From NCBI GenBank assembly GCA_965217585.1, contig OZ244561.1, forward strand, positions 3,904,001 through 3,968,000: DNA of 64,000 bases, written 5' to 3'. The notes under the pieces were generated by a model. That model was not told the DNA's origin, ran no database searches, and saw nothing but the letters and a program-made list of their open reading frames with translations. Source of the DNA: Candidatus Latescibacterota bacterium. GTDB lineage: Bacteria > Latescibacterota > UBA2968 > UBA8231. A program made the translations under genes and the position numbers. Shown here one piece after another: positions 50,305 to 60,252 of this stretch; positions within the stretch are counted from its first letter, which is position 1, and every line of letters begins with the position of its first letter.

Positions 50305-51552
50305 CTAAGACGAGCCGCCGAGGCGGAGCAGCGCAGCGACGTTCCCAGGCTTAACGCCCAAAATTAGGGCCGCTTTGGTCGTCGTTAGTGCACCGGAGGC
50401 GGTCATGCGCTGGGCAAAGCCGATCAGGGGCTTTCCGAGGCGGTGTCGGCGGACAACGTAATACGATGGCCCACCCGGCGATGTACTCACTCGTTGCTGT
50501 CGCCGGGTATGTGCCTGCTGCCACTCTCGACTGAACGCCGAGTACAGACGATTGAAGGTTTCCTGAGCAATGCGCCTGGCGCGCAGGAGCCTGTAGGCCA
50601 CCATGGTACGGCTCAGATTACGTGCTGCGGCGAACTCGCCAATTCGCTCCTGCTGGGTGGCGAGATCCGACTCGTGGCCGAGATCGAGCCGGTCGAGTTC
50701 ATGTGCGGGTAATAGCCATGCTCCGGCGACGTCATTGCAGAATCGCTCAATCTCGTTCCCAACGCTAGCACCGCTGATGCCGGTTTGGCCTAGCAGCAAA
50801 TGGACCAGTTCGTGCAGCAGGGTGAACGACCACGCGGACGGGGCGTCCCGGTCGTTGATGACGACGAACGGCGCTACGTCGGCCGCGATGGCGAAACCGC
50901 GGAAGACCTCCGTGTCAATGGCCGAGTGGTGGCTTCCCAAGTCGCCTTGGAGCAGAACGAACACGCCCGAGTGCTCGGCCCGCGACCGCAGCCACTCGAA
51001 CGCACTCTGTGCGTCGCGTTGTGCGTAATAGTGCGTGTGGTCCAGCTCTCGTCCGAGCAGGTGCCGCAGCGCGTCGAGTGCGGATGCCTCTCCTGCGGCT
51101 ATCGTCAGGGAGCCAACGAACGGCACCGGCGTAGCTTCGGCTTCGGCTTTTAGAACTGCCTGGACCATGCCTTGCCGCGCCCGTATGGCCCGGATCAGGG
51201 CATCGAGCAATCCGTCCGCCGCTCCGATGTGCTGGCCGGTCCGCGTGCGGAAATCGGCACCGCGATCACCGGATGGCGGAGGTGCCGCCAGATAGAACGC
51301 GATTAGGGGCCGGTGGTAGCATCGCGCCATTCTGACGAGGAGAGGCCGCGTCGGCTCCTGCTCGCCTCGTTCGAGCGCAAGTAGGCGGTCGACACCTGCC
51401 ACGCCACGGGCGTCCTTGAGGGGGAGTTTCCTGGCGGCCGCCTCGGGCGTCAGGCCAGCGGTCCGGCGAGCCCAGACCAGAATCTCAGGATTGACCGCAC
51501 TCGCCACATCGGCTTTACCCGGAGTCTGCTTACTACTATCGCTCAGTTCCAT
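50305..51552 (-). CDS. XRE-HTH plus ImmA/IrrE metallopeptidase
   Basis: VNPEIL.WAR..AGL, E.GE..PT, FRGF, FTLLHELVH (HExxH), E.FCN. Confidence 0.9.
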   Translation of the reverse strand: MELSDSSKQTPGKADVASAVNPEILVWARRTAGLTPEAAARKLPLKDARGVAGVDRLLALERGEQEPTRPLLVRMARCYHRPLIAFYLAAPPPSGDRGADFRTRTGQHIGAADGLLDALIRAIRARQGMVQAVLKAEAEATPVPFVGSLTIAAGEASALDALRHLLGRELDHTHYYAQRDAQSAFEWLRSRAEHSGVFVLLQGDLGSHHSAIDTEVFRGFAIAADVAPFVVINDRDAPSAWSFTLLHELVHLLLGQTGISGASVGNEIERFCNDVAGAWLLPAHELDRLDLGHESDLATQQERIGEFAAARNLSRTMVAYRLLRARRIAQETFNRLYSAFSREWQQAHTRRQQRVSTSPGGPSYYVVRRHRLGKPLIGFAQRMTASGALTTTKAALILGVKPGNVAALLRLGGSS

Positions 51553-51629
51553 AATCTTCTATTGTCCCTAAAACGATAAGGGCCTCTGTGCTTTCCTTAT
51601 TCGGCTTATGGGTTTCGCGTTCGTTCCCA

Positions 51630-52601
51630 TCACAGGAATTTCTTTATAAAGGCGGCCGAGCGTTCAAACTGCTCCAGTTCATAAGCAACCCGCACATCCG
51701 CACTATCCCCGCGCTCGTGCGGCGTCTGCCAGTCGTCTGGATCTCCAGCCGTCTGATGCAGGGTGCGGATAGCATTTATCGCCTCGTGGAGAGGTCGCTC
51801 GGGAAAGGTCGCCCACCACTCCTCTTCCAAAAGGCGAATGTGCCGGGCGACGCTCGCGCCGAGTTCAATGCAGCCTTGAACCTGCGGTACCTCGCGGTCG
51901 AATAGCGCAATCATCTCCGGCCAATCGACGACCCCGTCGCCGATGGCACAGCGCTTGAGGCGATAGCCCGAGGGCGTGGGGTGGACCGTATAGTCCTTGA
52001 TGTGGACGTGTTTGAGGATCGGCAAGATGCGCTCGGCAAACGCTAGGGGATGCTCGCCGACGGCAAAGGCATTGCCTACGTCCATAGTGACGCCGAGCTG
52101 AGGGCTGCCGACCTTTTCGCACAGCGACAGCAATTCCCAAGAACACAGATCTTGGTGGTTTTCAATGCCCACTGGGATGCCGTATTCTTCGGCGAGCGGC
52201 ATGACTTCTTTGAAGGGCTGTACCAAGGCTTCGATGTAGTCTCGCATCCCCTCGGCACCGTACTCGGTGCGGTTGCCTTCGACGAGACGGCTGACGGTCG
52301 TGCGCACGGCGCGGGCACCGGTTTGGTGTGCCGTCTCAATGGCTTGGCGCAGCGGCGCAATGTCTTCGGCGTAGTTGTCGCCGCCCGTGTCCAAGAATAG
52401 GTCGAGATCGGCGCGAGTCTCGGCAAAGGCTGCCCGCTCCTCGGGCGAGCAGTCGCCCAGCCATTGAGATGCGAATTCGACACTGTGGAGGCCGTTGTCG
52501 CGGGCCAAGCGCGTCAGGCCCTCGGGGGTGTGGGGGTCAATGGTGCGGCCGGCTTCTTTGTGAGCGCCGGTAAAGCTCCAAGCGCAGAGTCCGATGTTCA
52601 C
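51630..52601 (-). CDS. Sugar phosphate isomerase/epimerase family
   Basis: IENHQD, D.GN, HVHIKDY, G.G.VD, IE. Confidence 0.85.
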   Translation of the reverse strand: MNIGLCAWSFTGAHKEAGRTIDPHTPEGLTRLARDNGLHSVEFASQWLGDCSPEERAAFAETRADLDLFLDTGGDNYAEDIAPLRQAIETAHQTGARAVRTTVSRLVEGNRTEYGAEGMRDYIEALVQPFKEVMPLAEEYGIPVGIENHQDLCSWELLSLCEKVGSPQLGVTMDVGNAFAVGEHPLAFAERILPILKHVHIKDYTVHPTPSGYRLKRCAIGDGVVDWPEMIALFDREVPQVQGCIELGASVARHIRLLEEEWWATFPERPLHEAINAIRTLHQTAGDPDDWQTPHERGDSADVRVAYELEQFERSAAFIKKFL

Positions 52602-52638
52602 AGCATTCCTCTTTTGATTGTGTGCAAGTAGCGGGGTC

Positions 52639-53985
52639 TTACAGCTTCGCCTGCAAGTAGGTCACCAAGTCGCCGTCTTTCACGTCAGCACTCGATCCAT
52701 CGCGCATGTCCTTCACCTGCCAGACGCCTTTCTTCAATTCGTCCGGGCCGCCAATTAGGGCCAGCGGGAAGCCCTTGCGGTCGGCGTATTTGAGCTGCCG
52801 GCCCATGCCCTTGGACTCTGGATACAGTTCGATGCGGAGGCCAGCTTGCCGCAGACGGCGCGCAAGGGCTATGTAGGTTTTTAAGTATTCGGCGGAAAAC
52901 TGGACGATGAAGACGTCGGCGGATGTAGCGGCGTCCTGCAAAAGCCCCAGCGCCTCCATCGCAGCCATCAGCCGATCTAAACCCAGCGAGGCACCGACGC
53001 CGGGCAGGTGCTGCTTAGTGTAGAGGCCGGCCAAATCGTCGTAGCGCCCGCCGCTACAGACCGAGCCGATTGCCGGCAGATCGCCGAGCAAGGTCTCATA
53101 GACGGTTCCAGTGTAGTAATCGAGCCCACGGGCGATGGACAGGTCAATCACCAAGCGATCTTGGGGAAAACCAGCACCCTCAAAGGCGTCCACGAGCTGG
53201 CGTAGGTTGGCGATCCCCCCCTCGGCGACGTGGTCGTGACCTCCGAAGGCTTCCTTGAGCCGATCGAGCGTCTTGACATTCGTCGGCTCCTTAATCTGCA
53301 CCATCGAGAGGATGTACTTAGCTGTATCGCTGGGAACTGAAGCCGTCGCAGCCATCTCAGCGATGACCTTTTCATCGCCGATTTTTTGCCGCTTGTCGAG
53401 GGCACGGAGGACGACTGGCGACGCCTCGGCTAAGCCGAGCGGTTCGAGCGCGCTTTCGAGCAGGCCATTGAGGATCAGGCGGTTGTTGACGTGGATGGCA
53501 AAGCGCTCAAAGCCCAAGGCCGCGAGCAGGTCGTGGATGACGAGCACTGTTTCAATATCCGCGGCGTTGGCGTCGGTGCCGATGGTGTCGAAGTCGCACT
53601 GGTAGAACTCGCGGTAGCGCCCGTGCTGGGTGTTCTCGCCGCGCCAGACCGGGCCGATGTGGTAGCGCTTGAAGGGGGTGCCGAGCTGGCCGATGTGCTG
53701 GGCGGCAAAGCGGGCAAAGGGCACGGTCAAATCAAAGCGCAGAGCCACGTCGCGGCCCCCGTGATCCGCGAAGCGATACATCTGCTTGTCGCTCTCGTCG
53801 CCACCTTTGCCTGTGAGTATCTCGCTGTATTCAAGGGCGGGCGTGTCGATGGGGGCAAAGCCGTAGGAGCGAAAGACCGCGCGGGCCTTGTCGATCAGTT
53901 CCTCGCGCGGCATGGCCAAGGCGGGGGGGAAGTCGCGGAAGCCCTTAAGGGTCCGCGGCGGGATCAGGTCTTTTTTGTTGGACAT
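52639..53985 (-). CDS. hisS: Histidine--tRNA ligase
   Basis: KGFRDF, LRFDLTVP, RYREFYQCD.D, RGLDYYTG, GGRYD, G.DR. Confidence 0.97.
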   Translation of the reverse strand: MSNKKDLIPPRTLKGFRDFPPALAMPREELIDKARAVFRSYGFAPIDTPALEYSEILTGKGGDESDKQMYRFADHGGRDVALRFDLTVPFARFAAQHIGQLGTPFKRYHIGPVWRGENTQHGRYREFYQCDFDTIGTDANAADIETVLVIHDLLAALGFERFAIHVNNRLILNGLLESALEPLGLAEASPVVLRALDKRQKIGDEKVIAEMAATASVPSDTAKYILSMVQIKEPTNVKTLDRLKEAFGGHDHVAEGGIANLRQLVDAFEGAGFPQDRLVIDLSIARGLDYYTGTVYETLLGDLPAIGSVCSGGRYDDLAGLYTKQHLPGVGASLGLDRLMAAMEALGLLQDAATSADVFIVQFSAEYLKTYIALARRLRQAGLRIELYPESKGMGRQLKYADRKGFPLALIGGPDELKKGVWQVKDMRDGSSADVKDGDLVTYLQAKL

Positions 53986-53989
53986 AGGT

Positions 53990-55123
53990 TTACCAGTTGG
54001 TGAACGAGCCGTCTTCGCGGCGCAGAATCGGGCCGCCGAGCCATTTGAATTCGTAGTGCCCGGCAGCTTCTTCGTTGAATTCTATCCCCAAGCCCGGACG
54101 CTCCGGCGGCAACAGGCAACCCGCCTCGTAGGGCAGTTGCACTGGAAAGAGATCTTCCATCACGGTGTGGCCGACGAGGCCGCCCTCTTGCACGGCGAAA
54201 TTGTCGCAGGCGATGTCGAGGTGGGCGCAGGCTGCGGCCGAAACCGGGCCGAGGGGATTGTGCGGGACGATCTTGATGTAGTGGGTCTCGCACCAGTTGG
54301 CCACTTTGCGCGCCTCGGTCAGCCCGCCGACGATGCACAAGTCAATCCGCGCATAGTCCATCAATTCCTCTTCGATCATCTGCCGGAACTCCCACTTGGT
54401 CGCATAGTGCTCGCCGACGGCCAGCGGACAGCTAACGTGCTGGCGCACCTGGCGATAGGTCTGGGGGTTTTCGCAGCGCAGCGGATCCTCGATGAAGAAA
54501 GGATCGTATTCCTCAAGCTGGCGGCCGAGGCGGATGGTGTCGGGCGGGTCGAGGCGAGTGTGGACGTCAATGCAGATTTCGATTTCCGGCCCGACGGCCT
54601 CGCGCACGGCGGCGAAGTGGGCGATTGAATCGCGAACGGCGGTGCGCGGTTCGAGGATTCCGTCGCGGTCAAAGACCGACATCCGCAGGTACTTCCAGCC
54701 CTCGGCGACCCGTTCCTGGGCCGCGCGGGCAGTGTCTGCGGGCGTCTTGCCGCCGATACCAGTGTAGCAGAAGACGCGCTCGCGCATCTTGCCGCCCAGG
54801 AGCATGTACACGGGTTGCCCGAGGGCCTTGCCTTTGATGTCCCACAGCGCGATGTCAATGGCCGACATGGCAGCCGCGTTGATCCGACCGCCGGGGAAGA
54901 AATCGACGCGGAACAGCAGTTGCCAGATGTACTCGGTATTGAGCGGATCCAGGCCGATGATGTGGCGCTTCATGTGTTCGATGGCGCCAATGCCGGCCTG
55001 CTCCTTCCAAGTAATGCCAAACTCGCCGACGCCGTACAAGCCAGCGTCGGTCTCGACTTTGACGAAGAGGTAATTGCGCGATCCGTGGCAGATGGGAAAG
55101 GTTTTGACGTCAGTAATTTTCAT
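53990..55123 (-). CDS. Mandelate racemase family acid-sugar dehydratase (galactonate dehydratase-like)
   Basis: FVKVETD.G, DIALWDIKGK, D.H, IEDP, GE, PHN, PGLG. Confidence 0.88.
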   Translation of the reverse strand: MKITDVKTFPICHGSRNYLFVKVETDAGLYGVGEFGITWKEQAGIGAIEHMKRHIIGLDPLNTEYIWQLLFRVDFFPGGRINAAAMSAIDIALWDIKGKALGQPVYMLLGGKMRERVFCYTGIGGKTPADTARAAQERVAEGWKYLRMSVFDRDGILEPRTAVRDSIAHFAAVREAVGPEIEICIDVHTRLDPPDTIRLGRQLEEYDPFFIEDPLRCENPQTYRQVRQHVSCPLAVGEHYATKWEFRQMIEEELMDYARIDLCIVGGLTEARKVANWCETHYIKIVPHNPLGPVSAAACAHLDIACDNFAVQEGGLVGHTVMEDLFPVQLPYEAGCLLPPERPGLGIEFNEEAAGHYEFKWLGGPILRREDGSFTNW

Positions 55124-55162
55124 GCTCGGCTCCTTTGGTGGCTTCATAATATCAGGCCGCGA

Positions 55163-56035
55163 CTAACCCAAAGCAAAGACGGCCTCGCCGACGACGATGG
55201 CCACCAGCCCCAAGAACATGCCGACTTTGAGCAAGCGGCCGAGGCGGTCGTCGGCCAGCACTGCGCGTTGGCGATACAATTGCCAGAGGACGTAGCCGAC
55301 CAAGGCATGGACCGGCAGCAATGCGAGCGCGTAGAGCGCGCCGTAGAAGCCCATGAAAAACGGCATCCAAGTAAACCCTACCAAGAGCAAATAAACGAGA
55401 GCCGCCAGCACCGCAGCTTGGGCGCGTCCCCAAGCAAGGGGCAGGGTGCGGTCGCCGCGGATCTGATCGCCGGCGACGTCCTCGATGTCCTTGACGATTT
55501 CTCGTCCCAAGTGAAAGAGGAAAGCAAAGAGCGCCGGAATCCACGAGCGCCCGATATCGCCGGCGGCCAAGGCACCGTAGGGAAAGGCGATAGCCCCGAC
55601 AAAGGCGACGAGTACATTGCCCCACAGAAGGCTGTTTTTTAAGGCGATACTATAGACGGCGAGCAGGACGACAACGGCTAGAGCGATCAGCCCATGCCAA
55701 GGGCTGAGCCAGAACGCAAGTGCGCTGCCGGCTAGGGCGAGAAGCAAACTTTGCATTCGGGCCGCGCTCGGGCTAAGGCGACCGGCAGGCAGCGGGCGCA
55801 GCGGGCGGTTGATGCGGTCAATGTCTATGTCCATCAAGTCGTTGAAGGCATTACCGGCACCGTTGATTAACGCGGCAGAAAGGGCGGCGAGCAGAAGGGC
55901 AGGCCAAGCGGGGGCTTGGTCTGCGGTCAAAGCGCCAATGCCGACCGAGAGGGCGGTAATCAGGCCGTTGAGCGGCCGAGGTAGGAGGAAAAAAGCGCTG
56001 AACTGCGACAAGGGTTTCCGTTTGTGGGTTAGCAA
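55163..56035 (-). CDS. UbiA-family prenyltransferase, digeranylgeranylglyceryl-phosphate synthase-like
   Basis: RPLN, GNAFND..D...DRINRP.RPLP.G, YS..LK...GN, REIVKDIED..GD...G..TLP. Confidence 0.82.
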   Translation of the reverse strand: MLTHKRKPLSQFSAFFLLPRPLNGLITALSVGIGALTADQAPAWPALLLAALSAALINGAGNAFNDLMDIDIDRINRPLRPLPAGRLSPSAARMQSLLLALAGSALAFWLSPWHGLIALAVVVLLAVYSIALKNSLLWGNVLVAFVGAIAFPYGALAAGDIGRSWIPALFAFLFHLGREIVKDIEDVAGDQIRGDRTLPLAWGRAQAAVLAALVYLLLVGFTWMPFFMGFYGALYALALLPVHALVGYVLWQLYRQRAVLADDRLGRLLKVGMFLGLVAIVVGEAVFALG

Positions 56036-56114
56036 AAGTCCCTATATAAAAGCAACGCAAGAAGGTTGCCGCCAAGAGACTTTTTGCAGCCAAAGCGCGC
56101 GGGTAAATTTATTC

Positions 56115-56143
56115 TTGACAGCGCCTGACGCGCAAAGTAGGTT
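56115..56143 (+). promoter_or_regulatory. Sigma70-type promoter of M28 peptidase gene
   Basis: TTGACA-17 bp-TAGGTT. Confidence 0.55.
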
Positions 56144-56178
56144 CCCTAACGTTTTGTTTCTCAACAAGTAAGCTAGCC

Positions 56179-58242
56179 ATGAACTCAGTTAAAGGGGCGT
56201 TGTGCGCCTCTCTTTTTTTTGTTGGCTCCGTCTTGGCCGAGCTATCCTTGGTCGGCGTGTCTTGGAAATCGCCAGCCGAGCTAACCGCAATCGCCGCGCT
56301 GAGCGAGCAGGTGCGCTACGTGGCGCGGGGCGTGGCTTTTGTCGAGGCCAGCGAAAGCGCGGTCGAAGAGTTCACAAAGCGGGGATTTGTCATCCTCTGC
56401 CTCGACAGGCCGCGAGCGGGCGACCGCTATTTTGTCGCCGATCACCTCAACCTTCCCCTCCCCCAAGGCGTTGAGCTGGTCTTTGCTGGGGGGGGCGAAT
56501 GGGTGCTCTTGCGGGTGGGGTCGACCGCCCGCTTGCACGAGGCTCCTCATTTCCTCTGGCCGCTGCCTAACAACTACAGCCTAGAAGGGTGGTTAGGTGC
56601 GCCGAGGCGCGCGCCCAAGGCCCTGCAAACGGCCTCGCCGGCTGTAGCCGCCCTCATCGAGGAAGTCGCAGCCGCGCGCTTGCAAGCCCACGTCGAAGCC
56701 CTCGCGCTGAAAGACCCGGCGTTGGGCAGCGTCCCCGGCAACATCCGCAGCCGTTTTGCCGTGCATCCAGAGATCCTCGAGTCAACCGAGTACATCCGCT
56801 CGCAATTGGCCGCGGCCCTCAGCGACGAAGCGGTCGCACTGCATTCCTTCCCCATTGACTCGCGGCGCGTCATCTCCCATACCTCGCGTCGAGGCAACCC
56901 AGTGCAAGCACCGAGCGACACCACTGCGTACAACGTCATCGGCACACTGGCGGGCACCAATCCGGATGCCGGGTACTACATCGTCTGCGCCCACTACGAC
57001 GCCACGGGTACGCGCTCGGCCGGGGGTTGGAACTGGCAACGCGACCCCGCGCCTGGGGCCGACGACAATGCCAGCGGCGTGGCCTTGGTCCTAGAGAGCG
57101 CAAAGCTGCTGGCCGGGCAGCGCTTCCCCTGGTCCGTCCTATTTATCGCTTGGTCGGGCGAGGAGTTGGGGCTGCTGGGTAGCCAAGCGTATGTCGCCTT
57201 AGCTGCTGACCGCGACGACCCGATCCTCGGCGTCCTCAACTTCGACATGATCGGCTTCAACGACTTGCAACAGCGGCTGGAGCTGGTGACGAATCCAGGC
57301 TCGCGCTGGCTGGGCGATCAAATGGCGTCCGTGGCCGAGCGCTATGAGATCGATCTCAAGGTCGACTTGCTCGAAGACGGAGGAGCGCGCCTCAGCGATC
57401 ACGCGCCGTTCTGGTCGCGGGGCTACGACGCCATCCTCGGCATTGAAAACTACCTGCCCACAGACTCGACGACGTACGGGGTCCGCGAGGGCCGCTATCG
57501 CATCAACTCGCAATACCACTCGGTCGTTGACCTGCCCGACAGCATCAACTGGGAGCTGGTGCGCCGTACCACCCAGCTAACCGTGGCGACGTTGGCCGAG
57601 TACGGATTGGGAGAAGGCACGCCGAACTTGGCGGTCTTCACCGGCGACCTACGCGGCGACCGCGACGACAATCTCCGCGTCCGCGTTAGCAACATCGGGC
57701 TAGGTGCGGTCGCCAACAGCTTCTCAGTGCAGGTCTCGCAATGCGCGCTGGATTCCAGCCGGTGCGAGGTCATCCACCGCGCACAGACTCCAGAGGGATT
57801 GGCTCCGGGCGCGAGCGCGGAATTGCGCATTCCCTGGCAGCGATTTGGCGAGCTGGTCTTTTTGATTGAGGTCGATGCAGAAGGGCAAATCGGTGAGGTC
57901 AGCGAGGCGGACAACCGCGTCTTCCAGCGCCTGCGCCTAGTGCCGCAATCGAAGATCGCGGTCTTTCCCAATCCCTTCCGCATCGGCGGCGGCGGCGTGC
58001 TCCACTTCAGTGGCGTGCCCCTCAAATCCGCAGTGCGGGTCTTTGGGCCAGCGGGCGATCTAGTGTGGGAAGCAATTGAAGACGACGACGCGCAACGGCG
58101 CTTGGGGGCCGTTGCCAATGAGGTGCTGTGGTATGGAGTCAACCGCGCTGATCTACCGGTCGGCAACGGCGTCTATATCTATACGATCCACTCCCCCGAA
58201 GGCACCCGACTGATGAGAGACAAGATCGCAGTCGTACGCTAA
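56179..58242 (+). CDS. Secreted M28 metallopeptidase with CARDB-like and C-terminal secretion-tail/FlgD-like domain
   Basis: Signal peptide; AHYD, GADDNASG, GEE.GL.GS, DMIG, SDH, YH; E..E.DN; FPNPF..W.G.N..GVY. Confidence 0.88.
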   Translation: MNSVKGALCASLFFVGSVLAELSLVGVSWKSPAELTAIAALSEQVRYVARGVAFVEASESAVEEFTKRGFVILCLDRPRAGDRYFVADHLNLPLPQGVELVFAGGGEWVLLRVGSTARLHEAPHFLWPLPNNYSLEGWLGAPRRAPKALQTASPAVAALIEEVAAARLQAHVEALALKDPALGSVPGNIRSRFAVHPEILESTEYIRSQLAAALSDEAVALHSFPIDSRRVISHTSRRGNPVQAPSDTTAYNVIGTLAGTNPDAGYYIVCAHYDATGTRSAGGWNWQRDPAPGADDNASGVALVLESAKLLAGQRFPWSVLFIAWSGEELGLLGSQAYVALAADRDDPILGVLNFDMIGFNDLQQRLELVTNPGSRWLGDQMASVAERYEIDLKVDLLEDGGARLSDHAPFWSRGYDAILGIENYLPTDSTTYGVREGRYRINSQYHSVVDLPDSINWELVRRTTQLTVATLAEYGLGEGTPNLAVFTGDLRGDRDDNLRVRVSNIGLGAVANSFSVQVSQCALDSSRCEVIHRAQTPEGLAPGASAELRIPWQRFGELVFLIEVDAEGQIGEVSEADNRVFQRLRLVPQSKIAVFPNPFRIGGGGVLHFSGVPLKSAVRVFGPAGDLVWEAIEDDDAQRRLGAVANEVLWYGVNRADLPVGNGVYIYTIHSPEGTRLMRDKIAVVR

Positions 58243-58248
58243 GAGATT

Positions 58249-58336
58249 CTAACAAAACCTGCTAGGCGATCCTCGGAACGCGGGCATCCCGCCCACCCAT
58301 GTCATTCCCGCAAAAGCGGGAATCCAGTTTTGTTAG
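58249..58336. repeat. Composite REP-like palindromic element
   Basis: CTAACAAAAC...GTTTTGTTAG terminal inverted repeat enclosing GCGGGCATCCCGC and ATTCCCGC-AAAA-GCGGGAAT palindromes. Confidence 0.72.
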
Positions 58337-58381
58337 GGCCTCTAAAAACATAACCTTTGGTGTTAAAATGAAAAGGAACTT

Positions 58382-59020
58382 GTGATTCACGCCATTTTGT
58401 GGGATAACGATGGCGTGCTGGTAGATACCGAGGGGCTGTACTTTCAGGCGGGGCGGGAGGTCATGGCAACACAAGGTATTGAGCTGACGCAGGAGGATTT
58501 TGTTGAACAGTCGTTGCAAAAGGGGCGAAGTGTATTTGACCTATTGCCCAACCAAGATGCTGAATTAATTGATCGGTTGCGCTTGCAGCGCAATGCGCGA
58601 TACAGTGCGTTGTTGCGGGAACGCGTGCGGATCTTGGATGGGGTAGTGGAGACGCTCAGGACATTACACGGGCGCGTACTTATGGGGGTAGTAACGGGGT
58701 CGCGCAAAGATCACTTTGACATTATTCACGCCCAGACGAATCTGCTCCAATTTTTCGAGTTTGTGGTCACAAAGGAAGATTACAAAGAAGCCAAGCCGCA
58801 TCCAGATGCGTACTTAACGGCCATGCGACTACATGGGTTAAAACCCGATTCATGTGTTGTCGTGGAGGATTCTGAGCGGGGATGCGCCGCGGCAGTAAAG
58901 GCTGGGTTGCGCGTGCTGGTCGTGCCGAATGAGTTGTCGCAACACGGGGATTTTTCGCCTGCGTACAAAGTGCTAGGATCAGTGCGCGAGGTGGTGGATG
59001 AAGTGGAGAAGTTGCACTGA
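58382..59020 (+). CDS. HAD-family phosphatase
   Basis: WDNDGVLVDTE, KPHPD.Y, EDS..G. Confidence 0.92.
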   Translation: MIHAILWDNDGVLVDTEGLYFQAGREVMATQGIELTQEDFVEQSLQKGRSVFDLLPNQDAELIDRLRLQRNARYSALLRERVRILDGVVETLRTLHGRVLMGVVTGSRKDHFDIIHAQTNLLQFFEFVVTKEDYKEAKPHPDAYLTAMRLHGLKPDSCVVVEDSERGCAAAVKAGLRVLVVPNELSQHGDFSPAYKVLGSVREVVDEVEKLH

Positions 59021-59029
59021 CTTCCCAAC

Positions 59030-59725
59030 TCAGCTTCCCAACGGACAATCCACACACCGCTCCTCCGTCCCGCAAGATTCCATTTCACACGTCAGCAGCG
59101 CGTCCACGTGCCGCTTCCAGTCGGCTGGATAGCGCAGCGTCCCTTCCAAGCAGAAGCCGCTGACCAAAGAGCGCAGCAGGGCAAAGCGCGTCTCGCGGTC
59201 GGCGACTTTGGCGCGCACCCGCTGGCGCGCCTCGGCCAAGCAGTCGAGGTACGCAGCAAATTCCCCGGCGAAAATTTCTTCGAGATCTTGCCGCAAGCGA
59301 CTGGATAGTGCAGGGCTGGCGTTGGAGGTGGAGATGCTTAGCCGCAAGTGGCCCGGATGCACCAAGGCCACCATGCCAAAGTTGGAATAGGCCGGGTTGT
59401 CGTAGGAGTTGATCAGGACCTTGCGCGCCAGGGCGAGTTCGTACACCCGCGCCGTCAGCGCGCTGTCGCGCACAGTGTTCAGCACCAAGAAGACGCCATC
59501 GAGGTCGCGCTCCGCAAAGCAGCGCGGGTGATGTGTGAGGCGGCCGGCCGCAGCCCATTCGACGAGCGCGGGCGTCGCACTTGGACTTACCACCGTCAAC
59601 CGCGCCCCGGCGGTTAGCAAGCGACCGGTCTTGTCTTCGGCCTCGCGTCCCCCGCCAATGACCAAGCAGGGCTGCTCCATCACGTCGAGCCCCACCTGAA
59701 AATAGGGATTGAGCAACTTGCTCAC
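59030..59725 (-). CDS. Precorrin-2 dehydrogenase/sirohydrochlorin ferrochelatase (CysG N-terminal-like)
   Basis: CLVIGGG, VVSP, IN..D, ISTS..SP.L...LR. Confidence 0.82.
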   Translation of the reverse strand: MSKLLNPYFQVGLDVMEQPCLVIGGGREAEDKTGRLLTAGARLTVVSPSATPALVEWAAAGRLTHHPRCFAERDLDGVFLVLNTVRDSALTARVYELALARKVLINSYDNPAYSNFGMVALVHPGHLRLSISTSNASPALSSRLRQDLEEIFAGEFAAYLDCLAEARQRVRAKVADRETRFALLRSLVSGFCLEGTLRYPADWKRHVDALLTCEMESCGTEERCVDCPLGS

Positions 59726-60144
59726 GCGCCCGAATCGTCGCTCAGGGCCGCGTAGCCTTTGTCGTCGCTGGCGCCGAATTCGACCGGAAAGCCGAGGTCC
59801 AGCCAGCCGCGCTCGGTGCGCGACCCGCCAAAGCCGGCGGTGACGTTGGCCACATCCGTAAAGCCAGCGGCGACGAGGGCCTCACAAGCACGCATGGAGC
59901 GCGCACCCGACTGACAGCCGACGAGCAGCTTGACATCCGTGGCAAAATGGGCTTGGACGACCTGAACGAAATCGAGGTTGGGAACCATGCCCACGGCGTG
60001 GCGTTGCATGATCGGGATGTTGAACGCGCCAGCCGGATGGCCGCCCTCGTATTCGGGGATGGAGCGGACGTCGATATAGACCGCACCCGCATCGCCTTCG
60101 AGCCGTTCCTTCGCCTCACTGGGACTAACGTTTTGATAGCTCAC
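59722..60144 (-). CDS. Rhodanese-like domain protein
   Basis: IDVRS..EY..GH..GA.NIP, CQSGARS. Confidence 0.9.
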   Translation of the reverse strand: MSYQNVSPSEAKERLEGDAGAVYIDVRSIPEYEGGHPAGAFNIPIMQRHAVGMVPNLDFVQVVQAHFATDVKLLVGCQSGARSMRACEALVAAGFTDVANVTAGFGGSRTERGWLDLGFPVEFGASDDKGYAALSDDSGA

Positions 60145-60252
60145 GATACCTCATCTCCATTTGACAATGTCCACTTTGCAGGGTTGAATAACTGTTAAGT
60201 AATGCACTACTTTCGCCACTTACAAGCCCACAAAACCCGGAGAAAGACGATT

